DNA of 54,959 nucleotides, the filler included, from Sphacelaria rigidula (taxonomy: Eukaryota), in NCBI GenBank assembly GCA_964200075.2. It is 5 parts of 5 records of this genome, joined end to end, with 100 filler letters (N's around TTAATTAATTAA, not from the genome) between each part and the next. Parts side by side here need not be neighbours in the genome. Positions count along the whole stretch, not along the records: positions 22,027 to 32,937 come from CAXNAA020005692.1; positions 33,038 to 43,948 come from CAXNAA020005693.1; 3 more parts are not named here. One strand, written 5' to 3'. Below the pieces are notes generated by a model, which was given only the letters and a program-made list of their open reading frames with translations, had not been told where the DNA came from and did not search any database. Below are positions 24,452 to 35,360 of the stretch, one piece after another. The position numbers and the translations under genes were made by a program. Within the stretch, counting starts at the first letter, position 1. Every line of letters begins with the position of its first letter.

Positions 24452-27400
24452 TCAAATATACGCGTAGTGTTGTGCAGAACTACTATTGCTGTACCCGCGC
24501 ACGTCACTCCATGTGAGAGATTGATGACGGCAGATGAATAAAACCCTGTCCCGTATCACCCGCGGGATACATCATTATCTCTGCGCACGCCATGGGGTTA
24601 AACGTCAGGTACAATGTTTCATGAAATACTCACCAATGATATACGGATGGAATGCTCCCATGGTGTGGCCTTCCGTCACTTCGTCCGGGCCATCTGGAGG
24701 AGGGGCGTCGCTGGGCGGCCCTCAGCGAACATGAAGGCGCGGGACGATTCCCACATTCTGGTTAAGTAATCATCGCGCGGGGTATAGTTGGCAGGTTCAC
24801 GAGATCAACGTTTTCTGTCAACATGTGAACCACCTATGACGAAATGAACACCAACAGCCTGCCTTGGAACTGTCAACGAACGGGGCGTTATCTTACACTG
24901 TTGTAAAGGCTGATAACTGAAACTGAGGCCAGTGAGACTGGGGAGTCCCCCCACAGCGATGATCCACCAGCGCTTCTTGTGGCTGGCGTCATAGCCCACA
25001 CTATATTGCGTCCAACAATTAAAGAACATTTGGCATAACATGACTGCTGCTTACTGGAAGGTGAGAGTAATGCCACAGTAGGGGTGCACTTTTCAGTCCA
25101 AACGATTTTTGAGGTTGCACAGTCAGGCCCAGACATTTGTCATCAACAGCATCCTACAACGAAGAGCCCCACAAAAATAAAAGTTCACCCCTACCGTGGC
25201 AGTGCTCGTGACGAGGGTGGCAACTTTGTTAGAGGACAGGCGGGGATGACTTGTGAAGGGAGACGTAGCGGTGCAGAGGAGTATAGTGTATCAGCCCCTC
25301 TACAACCAGTGTCGACCGAATATACCGAACATATGTAAGATAACAGGGGAGGTATAAACCACGATACCGATAGTAACTTACAGGATCGTCCACCCCATTT
25401 CCGACCTAATTGAACTCGCTTCTCCCATCTTCTCCGAAGACGGAGGTCATCTTCGACGTAATCTGCGTCGGAATGGATTTTTCAACTCGCCCATAGTCCC
25501 CACGGGGCAGAGGCTCGACTTGGACTGTGTTGAGAGCTGACAGAACTACAGGCAGAAATATCTGTCTTTTTCATGCGGAGGGCGAGAGTGGTGGACGAGC
25601 GCAATTAGAAATCGGCTCAGGGAAAAAGGATGGCGAGGTTGAATGATGAATATCAAGGCAAGAGTCTGGTGAAATGCCTCACGCCTAGCCGAATAACCTT
25701 CAACCCCGAATCGGGAACGAATGCAGAGTACGCGTCCCCGCGCAGAAGCACGCCTCCAGCCCTTTGACGCAATAGTAGGTCTAGCCGGGATCTACCACTA
25801 ACCTTCTCACAACGCGACAATAAAGAAACTAAAACAAACTAAAAATATACATATTTGCCGAGGTGTGAACGCCTGGGTACATCCGTTTTGCCTCTTCGGA
25901 GGAGAACCTTTGCTTTTTTCATTCGAAATGCGAAACTACTCGGGCGGAAGTCGATTCAAGAGTGCTCTTGTGGTCCATCCTGTGGGGGGGGTAGGGGAGG
26001 GGGGCACCGTCAAGGGTAGTGTAACAGAACCAGAACTACCCCGGCAACTGCGAATGCGAAATATTGCTCATGACACAATCACTCGGCGGCAGCGGGAAAA
26101 TACACTCAACTTATCGTGAATGTAGAACGCTAGTACGTCCTGGTGCATGTACCTTGAAGATGTCGTGGATGCTGTACTGGTCACGAATCATTTTTTTCTC
26201 TTGTCATGAGCTACCGGCATTTTAATGATGACTGAAAACTGATAATTACCTTTACCTTCACTCATGAAGTAAAAACAAAACTCATTGGCCATGTCAGCTT
26301 TTTCTTTTGTGCCCTATCGATTATCCGCATCAAATTTTGAACTCCAACTCCTACAATTTTGGTGAGCATGGGCCATCCAGAAACCGACCTGGGCGACATG
26401 CGGAAGAGTATGCTGCAGCCCATTTACCAGCCCAGGTGTGTTACTTGTGTCGTCAGAATTTTGTGTAGGGTCTCGCGAGCGCCGAGGGCCTAATGAACCA
26501 CAAGAAAGTGGGACGAGTTTTTTTACCGCTTCTTCACCGGTTTAGGACGCAAACGCATGCGAAAGCCAACAGAGCCTTCTTCACCGGTTTAGGACGCATT
26601 GCGGTGCAAAATACACCGCAATCGAGTATACTCTACTCGACCTGCCCTTGAATAATTCTCATAACTTACGCGTTCTTGTTTCTTGGTATCCTCCAACAAT
26701 AAAATCAAGGGATGGTCACGCCTCGGTGGGGTTGCCGTTTCAAAATGACCTCCCTTGTGAATAAGACGTAATATTTTTTGGGAAAAAACGCATAGGAAAC
26801 AGACGCGCAATTGAGTGTGCCGAGCAATGCGTCCTTCCCAATAACTGGAAGTGAAATATATTACCGACATAAGGGGCTCTCGGGGGGAAACCTCGGAGGG
26901 CAGGTCTGAATAAATCAGTCGCGGAGTACTTTGGTTCGGTGCGTACGCATTTGCTTTGATACCATCTGATATTTCTGTTGAGAAACACGCCACCGCTTGT
27001 GTGCACAACCGCAAAGGGAACTCAAGACAAAAACCATGTCGCGTGCAGGAATAGACAACATCATGGTGACTGATTCATGCTCTTATCTCGGTCTTTTGTG
27101 TTGATTCTATCGGTACCGCCATGTTCGCCGTACCGTCTATACAGCCTTCGTGTGCCGCGACTTGAGCTTCAACCTCAGGAATACATGCACAAGCTTGGGA
27201 CAAGTGTCACCGAGGGGCCCCATATCGGGAAACCCATGCAGCACCGCTACCCGCGGTCGAGAGGGAGGAAAATGCCAAATCAATTAGGGGAAAACCTCAT
27301 TCTTCCTATTTCTCCACTAGTATACGGAATTGAACAATCATTCAGATATCTTCGGGTTCGCCCCATCGTCAGCAGCCCAAAACCGAGGAGTTTTGGTGTG

Positions 27401-29116
27401 TCAGTTGTTCTTGTGGCGATCGGGGAGTAATTTTGCCGACTGGAAAATGACTTTGAGTCGCGGCAATCACTGGATAATGAATATTTAAACACGCTGACTT
27501 TTGCAAGACCGGTTGTTACCGACCTGGCACTATCGCAGTGATACGGCCGCCATGATAAGGAGGGCGGTGTACGACGGACAGTTCTGTACTGCAACTGAGT
27601 GAAATGTGCATGCAGTAAGTTGACTGTGCGGTGTTACCAACCGACACGAAAATATTATGATATTATAGACGTGCACAAAGTGTGAGTTGTAGATAATCAC
27701 GTACTTTGCCCGCGTTTGGGCAGACAGCCGTGTTTATGCAACGCGTATATCTACATATCGCAATTCATATTGCATTGCGACACAAGAGAGGGAGAGGTTA
27801 CAAATAGGAATGTTATGGACGTGGTGTTGCGAAAAAGAATATCCAACATCGAGGCAGCGGCAGTCATGAAATGTAATGACCATGATGTTAATATTGTTAT
27901 GCCCGCAAGGGCAGACCCATGCAATCTCCCAGGTGCCAAGCGTGCGCGCCCACTTAACGTTCACCCGCTGCAAGACTTCCGGAATCTGCGGCACATTTCC
28001 AGCGCCGGTAGCCTCAGCGCTTTGATCTTCACTCCCTGCTTATGCGGACATGTTCTTCTGTACTTGCTTCGACTTACCCCTACCACCTACCGTTTCGGTA
28101 CACCCGGCGCAGGCTGGTGTTACCGGCAAACACGTGCCGTGCAGTACGGCAACTACTATCGCCATCATCCAGCGATCAGGGGGGTACCCCTACATGAAAT
28201 CGGGTACCCCCCCCTCCTCCAACCCCAGAATGAGTTTTTTTGCGGCAAGGGGGACGATGGTGCATGGATTTCCCGATATGGGACCCCTCGGTGTCACTCA
28301 TCCTAGGCTCGGTCATATGTGGAGGCAGACAGGATATTAGTGTGGTAGCGACAAGATAAAAGTGTAGTAGCATTGCGCTGTGCTGCCTGCCAACCATGGC
28401 CCATGTACAGTACTCCAAAGTCGTCAAACACAAACGACACATCATGAGGGTGGCTGTCGTCTATATCGATAAACAAAGCCGAACTACATGGTACGACACC
28501 GTACATTGTAGACTGTGTCGATGATATATCGTTTTGAGACCATCCCATGCAGTCCAAAACTCACCCCAGGGTCGTCACGCTTCCTGTCCAGCGGCCTCCC
28601 CGCAGCCCAAGCGTCGTAGGCTGTCGCTGAGTACGTTCGGGACGCGCTGCCGAACCAACGTTTCATTGGAGGATTTTTTTTTGTTATTGCGCAATACACG
28701 CCTCCGCGAGAAACGGTGGATGATGGCAAATGTCCCAATTCCACCCAGATGTTCCGCACACCCTGGGCATGCAGCTGCTGACCTGAAAGCATCGCCCAAG
28801 TGAAAGGAATGGTCTCGAAGACGATCGAGCTGTGTCTGTATATAGACAAGCAGCTCTTCCCGCAAGTTGAAGCGATAACAGTGCTGTCTGCAACAAGTGT
28901 TTGCAGAATCCGTGCAGCCTAGGATGAACGCCTCACTTCCCCCCCATCGAACCTGATCTCCGGTGTCGTGGCAGAGTAGTGCGCTCGCATGACGCCACCG
29001 GCAGAGACACGGAGAGTGTTTTTACCGTCTAGAGAGATAATCCTTTCGTAGAAAAAAATTGGGCTGAAATCCATCCATGCCGCATGTAAAACGACGTGAC
29101 TGAAGTTTTAAAAGGT

Positions 29117-30200
29117 TTAACCCTTAAACAGCGATCGTCGCCTCGGAACAGTTTCACACGCTGACAGTCCGGAGACATTCAGGGGTTTCAAGTGGCCGGG
29201 GGGTGTGGTTTTTGAGAGGGAGGGGGTCTGTGCGCAGAAGAGCCGAAAAGCTCACCAATTTAACCATGTGTGTTGGAAGTTTCCCGCCGAAAATTATAAA
29301 CCGTGCGTGGGGCCCGAGAGGCACGGGATGCCCATTCTGACCAATCACCGTCGTCAAATGAGCGCGTTCTTCCGGTTCGGCTGGACTGTGTGTGTTGTGT
29401 GTCGTCCCATTTATTCTAGACGCCAGTCTACACCTTTCGGTATATGTGGGCGCACCAGCCGGAGTCACACAGGAGGAAGGTCAACACAGGAGCCTTTTCT
29501 TTATCTTGTTTTTAGTACCCCACCTCCCTTCTGCGGTGCTGGCCTTTTATTTTTGATCGTGAAGGATTCGGCATTCAGCATTCCCTTTCCTCCCTCGTCG
29601 ACCGCTAAGTCGAATTTCGTATACCCACGACGTAGTCGCTCTCCACTGTTAGATTCTGAGTGAGAAAAATCTCAAATCACCCCGAGATTTGAACCCACAA
29701 CCCAACCGTAAGATGGTTCCGAGGTTACCAACTGAGCCACCGGGGCTACCGAACTGCATTGGACTAATTCGCTGTCTACCCCCACGCCTCATTTTGGTAA
29801 TGGGGAATCGACCATAGATTACATGGGTACAAATGTATGAATAACTTGTTTTGTATTCTGATCGTGGTCTACGCCGCCTGCCTGACCCCTGCCAGCATAC
29901 CTTCACACTGTCTGCAGTGTTGTTGTTGAGCGCTAGGCAGAGGCATCAGCAGCATTCATTAAATCGTGTTCAGTGGAGAGCGATGGCACACTCATGATGT
30001 CTCTTGCCGTTGTATCCGGTGAAGACATACAGCACACACACATACTGACTCTGCACGCAATTGACGGCAGGGTCAAAAGTGGTCAGGGGTTATAAAGGAC
30101 CATCTTCTAAATAGATTATAAATATCCACATGTTCATGAAAAGGCTTTTTGTGTAGCGAGAAAAGAGCAGTTCTGAACCCCAACTGTAGCATAGTCCACC
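29117..30200. mobile_element. Non-autonomous DNA-transposon-like repeat, homologous to 51702-52385 and interrupted by a SINE
   Basis: 29165-29345 resembles 51710-51910 and 29930-30200 resembles 52125-52385 (e.g. gaggcatcagcagc...gtgttcagtggagagcgatg, atccacatgttcatgaaaa). Left boundary uncertain; a TTAA|CCCT piggyBac-like end lies at 29117. Confidence 0.65.
29480..29746 (-). mobile_element. tRNA-derived SINE (5' head and part of body)
   Basis: Minus strand GCCCCGG-TGGCTCAGTTGG (A box)...GGTTCAAATC (B box). Cloverleaf incomplete; followed by non-tRNA body. 3' boundary approximate. Confidence 0.75.
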
Positions 30201-30589
30201 TGCGTGAGGGTCGCTGTCTAAGAGTTAAACCGATTCTCCGCACCAGTGCATGGGCCACCTAGACTGTCGTGTACCGCACAAACAGCGCATACAGACAGTA
30301 CAGTACAGCAGTAAAGTTCAGTGCAGTACAGAGCACTGTGCTGTCAGCGAAGTGGAAAGACGAAAGCAACCGTTGTTGTCCTGGATACTATTTCTTCGCA
30401 GCACGGTCCCGTAATGCGACTGCGGGCTGCAGAAAGCCGCGGTAAACACAAGTGTGACGGGTTCCTTACTAAAATCAAGTTTTCGTTTTATAGTGCGTTA
30501 CAGGATGTAGAGGGACGGGTAATGATTTAAATTAAATCACATGAAATTTGTGTTTGCGTCATATATTTTGACCCGTACCTATAAACCCA

Positions 30590-31320
30590 CCTCCGTCAAG
30601 CCTGCTTGCCTCTCGCTGATTTTTGCTTCTTTTTCTATAATAGCATTTTTTCCACTTTATCGGTCAGAATCTTACAGAATGTTTCCACTTCAGTGCTCAG
30701 TTACTGTGTAGCATTATCCCCTATAACTCCCTGAATCAGCCTTGTCTCCTTTTTTGAAGAGATTTACTACTCCTTCTCTCCATCTCTTGGGTGTGTACTT
30801 GCTCTCTCACATCCACTTGAACAGCATTCCTATCATGGTAATCATTCCCTCTCCCCCGTACTTGAGAAATGCATCCAATATTTCATCTGCCCCTTCGGCC
30901 TTTCTGTTCTTGTTTGGGTACTCACTCCTTTACTTCGCCTGTGGTGTAAACTCTCTCTGAAATTCTTTGCAGCCACTATTCTCCCGTACTGAGGCCTCTA
31001 CATTGACGTCCGCCCACGCGTTGATTTCTTTTCCGAATTCCGTGTCGAACTTCTTGTTAGCCTCTGGTGTTCATAGTTGACGGTAGTGCTCTACTAGCTT
31101 TTATTCTCTCTTCCCCTCCGAACTACTGACCATTTTACCGTCCTGTGCCCGTGTGTGGCTATCCCCTCATCTATATTCCCTGCCTGGTGTCCCATGATCC
31201 CTTTTATCCCTACCCACATTTGTTTGATCCCGCCATCGAAAGCTTCATTTCTTATATTCACGACACCTTCCTATTTTCTCTACTTTTTTTTCTCCACCAT
31301 CTTTTTGTACGTCATTTCGA
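30590..31320 (-). mobile_element. LINE fragment (pre-RT region and start of RT)
   Basis: Collinear with 1815-2420 (cctgcttgcc..cgctgatttt; ttccctctcccccgt; gaattccgtgtcgaacttc; cctgcctgg..ccatgatcctttt). Confidence 0.88.
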
Positions 31321-31849
31321 GCTCTACAGTAGTAGTGGGCGGTCTAAGTATTTGGGGGTATTAGAGGTTTTCCTTGCGTACTACTATTCGATAGAACTCG
31401 AAATTGCTAGCGTAGGTACATTTTAGTACAACAAAATAGATCATCCTCAAAACACAGTGCCCTAGTCAGTGTTAGTTGGTGTTATCGGGCGAAACGAGTA
31501 GGCAGAATTTCACGGTCAATAACATTTTTTGCAATGAGTAGGCAGAATTTCGAAAAAAAGGCAACTGTACATTTCTTTATAAATTTGATCGGGACGGGCT
31601 CGATCGACCGAAAATAAAGAAGAGTAAGAATCTGGGCTGGAACGTGGCAGGACCCCCGATGATCGGTCAGCCCGTAAGTTACTCAATACTGAGTACAGAG
31701 GATTTTTCCTCTTGGAATGTAGAGCGGACACAAATATCTTCAGATCCCCGATTTGATAAGCGATGGCAAGCGAAAAGAGCCCCGGAAAATTGCCAAATAC
31801 GAAAAAATCACAAAATGCCACAAAATGAATAGTTAGACCGGCCACTACT

Positions 31850-32165
31850 GTAGTACATTCCTCTCATCCCACCGTAGTTTTACGCGATGTGTATGTTGCA
31901 TGGGCCTCTCTCGTTACTCTAATAGCCTATGTTACTTCCTCACCCCACCATTGTACTGCTCTGTTGTATACAATCAGTCTCTTCCGTAAGACATTACTCG
32001 CTGTGTTCTGGACCAACTGCTCGCATCCTTTTGTAATGTTGCTTCTGCCCGAGATATTTCCATATCGACATCAAGTGTACCTACGCTGTCCAACAGCTCG
32101 GCAGATTTCCCTGCATTTTTTGCAATTTCTTCTTGGAACTCTTGCTGTTTTTGCTCCATTTTAGT
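31850..32165 (-). mobile_element. Probable upstream part of the same decayed LINE ORF2
   Basis: Same strand and purine-rich composition; EQKQQEFQEEIAKNA... and a decayed 'AVQWWGEEV' motif like the post-endonuclease PWW region of LINEs. Confidence 0.55.
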
Positions 32166-32937
32166 AGCATACGAGGATCAAGTGTTCAGGATCGAAGCCC
32201 CGTATTGAGCCCTCCATGATGTCTCAATAAAATGAACGTGTGCCTTCAGAACTCAGATGAAACGATGAGGGTTCTCCCCGACTCCCACCAGCACTGTCAC
32301 AGCCATTTCACCAACAATATACAGTACCCTAGCAACCAAAGTGGGACATCTATCACAACTGTCATCCTTTTCACAGTGGTGGAGTCACGAAGCAGGAACG
32401 TTTGACGTCGCAGACAGGCGACCTCCCTACCGACGCCATGGTGTAAACATTCGCTTCGTTGTGTTGCTCAAATTTTTAATGTTCCGCGTGCGCAAGACGT
32501 ATCTTGGGTGTTGTTCCTCACTATTGCTAGCCTCAGCTAGAAGAAGACGGTGTATGAGCAAGTCGTAGTAATCCACACAGAAGCAATGCCGCACCTGGCT
32601 GCCATGCCGTTTCACTAGAGGTAGTAAGTTCTTCCACCGCCGTCGTGGCTGACATGTTGCAAAATCATGGCCATGCGGTATATCAGGGGTCCAGGCAAAC
32701 CCCCCGCACCCCGACGTCCCCTTTTCGTTTTTTTGCCCTCTCGGGGGGAGGGGGGGGGGAAGGGGGGTACTAGACCACCACCACCCCCACCCCTCAAACC
32801 CTACGCAAACTCCTCGAAAAACGATCCCATACCAAATTCTATACAAAATAAGGCGGCGTCGGAGGTATGCCCCCCCCCCCCCCCCCTGGGGGCCGCGGCT
32901 CGCAGGGCGTGCCGGGTCCATGGTCGGAGAGCTGAGG

Positions 32938-33037
32938 NNNNNNNNNNNNNNNNNNNNNNNNNNNNNNNNNNNNNNNNNNNNTTAATTAATTAANNNNNNN
33001 NNNNNNNNNNNNNNNNNNNNNNNNNNNNNNNNNNNNN
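32938..33037. other. Artificial contig linker
   Basis: Same 100-bp spacer. Confidence 0.98.
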
Positions 33038-33873
33038 CTGCGTCTCAGCGCTACGGAACACGTAACAAAGAATACTGAAAACATGCTTCTTTGGGCTATT
33101 CATCGAGTTTTCGAGCGCCTCTTGTTGAGTGTCTGAGAAAGACTTCATACTGTGGCGCCGGCGACGACCGCTGTCAGCGAACCGATCCAATAGGGCGACA
33201 GACGCCAGCGATCTTTGAAACGCAGCATTATTCAGCGGTCTGTCGAGATATACCAGCACACCAGAGTACAGCATCACTACAGTACAGTCGCAAGTTGGAT
33301 AAAATGGATGCCCCACAAAAAAGCTGCATACACACACACAACGGGGGTCAGGGTTAGTCCCACGCTTGGGATTGTTTCGTTAGTAGCGCCCATGCGAGGT
33401 ACTTCATCCAGTCTGAACCAGCCATCACGCCTTGTACGACCGCTTCCGCCGTGGCTGTGTTGAGAACTGGTTCCGCAGTGGGGCTGTCGAAGGATACTAC
33501 TGTAGTGCAACGCGCTTGTAAAATCCGACCCGTTATGTTTAATTTAGAATCCGCATCAGCTGTAGTTTGAATATCCCTCCTGGCGGTCCCAAACGGGGTC
33601 TGAAGTAGCGACGGAACTTACTGGCACCCTCTCCCTCAGATAGGATTTGTGACAACTGTATATCTCAGCAGACCGCTGAATAATGCTGCGTTTCAAAGAT
33701 CGCTGGCGTCTGTCGCCCTATTGGATCGGTTCGCTGACGGCGGTCGTCGTCGGCGCCACAGTATGAAGTCTTTCTCAGACACTCAACAAGAGGCGCTCGA
33801 AAACTCGATGAATAGCCCAAAGAAGCATTTTTTCAGTATTCTTTGTTACGTGTTCCGTAGCGCTTAGACGCAG
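33038..33873. mobile_element. Long inverted repeat (216-bp arms 33038-33253 and 33658-33873, ~400-bp spacer); probable young TIR/foldback element
   Basis: Arms are reverse complements with about 6 mismatches by eye. Left arm is cut by the contig start, so no TSD can be tested. Confidence 0.85.
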
Positions 33874-34981
33874 GTCCTGCTCAAAAGATGCCGCACAATG
33901 ACGGTAGTTTTTCTGTTGTACTGCTCACATGACATCATGCTTGCGCTGCCGCACAGAAACTTCTGGGTTAGGTTTACATGGTCGAGACCGCTTGCGAATC
34001 CCTAGCCTATTGAACGAAACAAATGAAATTTCGATGGCGACTTCAACCTTACCCAAATGTCGAACCTCAAAACCGAATCCAGGCTTTTCTAAGTATCATC
34101 GTGTACAGCTGCTTGCTGCCAACGCAGCAGTACAGAGTGCGATTACGGCCATTTAGTATATAACCCACGACCGTGGAGACTTTCTTGCCATGCCTAGTAA
34201 AACAGAATACCTCTGGCGGTGGCTTAGCTGCTGCTGGCGATACCCACATGGGGGCTAGCATGTTGTGAACTGTGGTGAGCTGCGGTGCGCTTTTTGTCAT
34301 ATACACAAATTCGCACAAGGGACAGATGCCATACATTTCCTCTAGTCTATCGTTGTTCACGATGCGGGCGCCACTACAAGCTTTTGCCTGACCCGAGACA
34401 TGCTTCCACGACGAGCAAGGGTGTTCTCGTAACATATGGACTACGTGCCATTTTATATGTGGCCCACGCCGCCGAGCGCTACGCAAAACCGTTATGCCTC
34501 AGATAGCTCTGGTGATGTTTCAAGCAGCGCAGTTGAGAAAACACATACTCATATGGGTATGTCATTCATATTTTTGGCCTAGGACGAGAAGAAGCAACGG
34601 GAACCATGTGGCGTACAGTATGTCACAAGTGCCGAGAAGACCCGACGAGTATCGTGGCATACATATGTGACGCTTTGACAACCATGTTGTCGCGCGCTTC
34701 AACACGTTGCCACGCCTAACTCGGCAGCTCAGTTGTATTTCCTTTTTGCTCACGCTATTGGTCCAGTCTCTAAGGCCCACACACTTCATGAATTGCGACC
34801 GACTGTTGGCGGACAAAGTGCGGACAAGGTGCGAACAAGGTATTTCTTCGTTTCACAGTACCCAACCATTAACCGATTTTGCAACGTATCTCCTTCACTA
34901 GATTCAAACGGATCTGCCTAGATGAGAGAAGGCGCTGTCATCGGCTTCCCAGAGACGGAAGCCGACCTTCCCAAGTGAGTG

Positions 34982-35360
34982 TTCCAGATGGATATCCCAG
35001 CTAGAAATCCCAGATGAATATCTACCACCCAGATCGATGCCCCAAGAGGTTAGCCCAGTCAAGCATTCCAGGCGAACAAACCAGCAGGTGAAAAATATGA
35101 GTATCCCAGTTGGATTCGACATTCTAGATGGATGTTCCAGATGGAGATTCCATTCCCCAGACGGACGTCCCAGATGGACACCCAATTTTCGAGATGGAAA
35201 CCACACATTCCAGATGGGTATCTCAGACGGATTCATTATGCCAAATGAACATCCCAGATGAATTTCTACATTCCAGATGGATATCTCAGATGGATGCAGT
35301 ATGCCAAATTAACATCCCAGATGAAGATTCACATTCCAGATGGACATCCCAGATGAACAC
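34982..35360. repeat. Degenerate minisatellite built on CCAGATG(G/A)A, with a 63-bp higher-order period in its 3' half
   Basis: ACATTCCAGATGG recurs at 35205, 35268 and 35331; many shorter sub-units. Confidence 0.85.

Noticed and set aside
26529..26598. Repeat-spacer-repeat as a mini CRISPR array
   Set aside because: Only two repeats, no cas genes, eukaryotic context.
29670..29746. Functional tRNA gene
   Set aside because: A and B boxes present, but D, T and acceptor stems do not close properly; SINE head.
32931..33050. Completing the left TIR of the 216-bp inverted repeat with sequence before the gap
   Set aside because: The sequence before the linker belongs to an unrelated contig.
32990..33867. 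Duplicated peptide RPLNNAAFQRSLASVALLDRFAD on both strands as a gene pair
   Set aside because: A direct consequence of the DNA inverted repeat; no splice or codon evidence.
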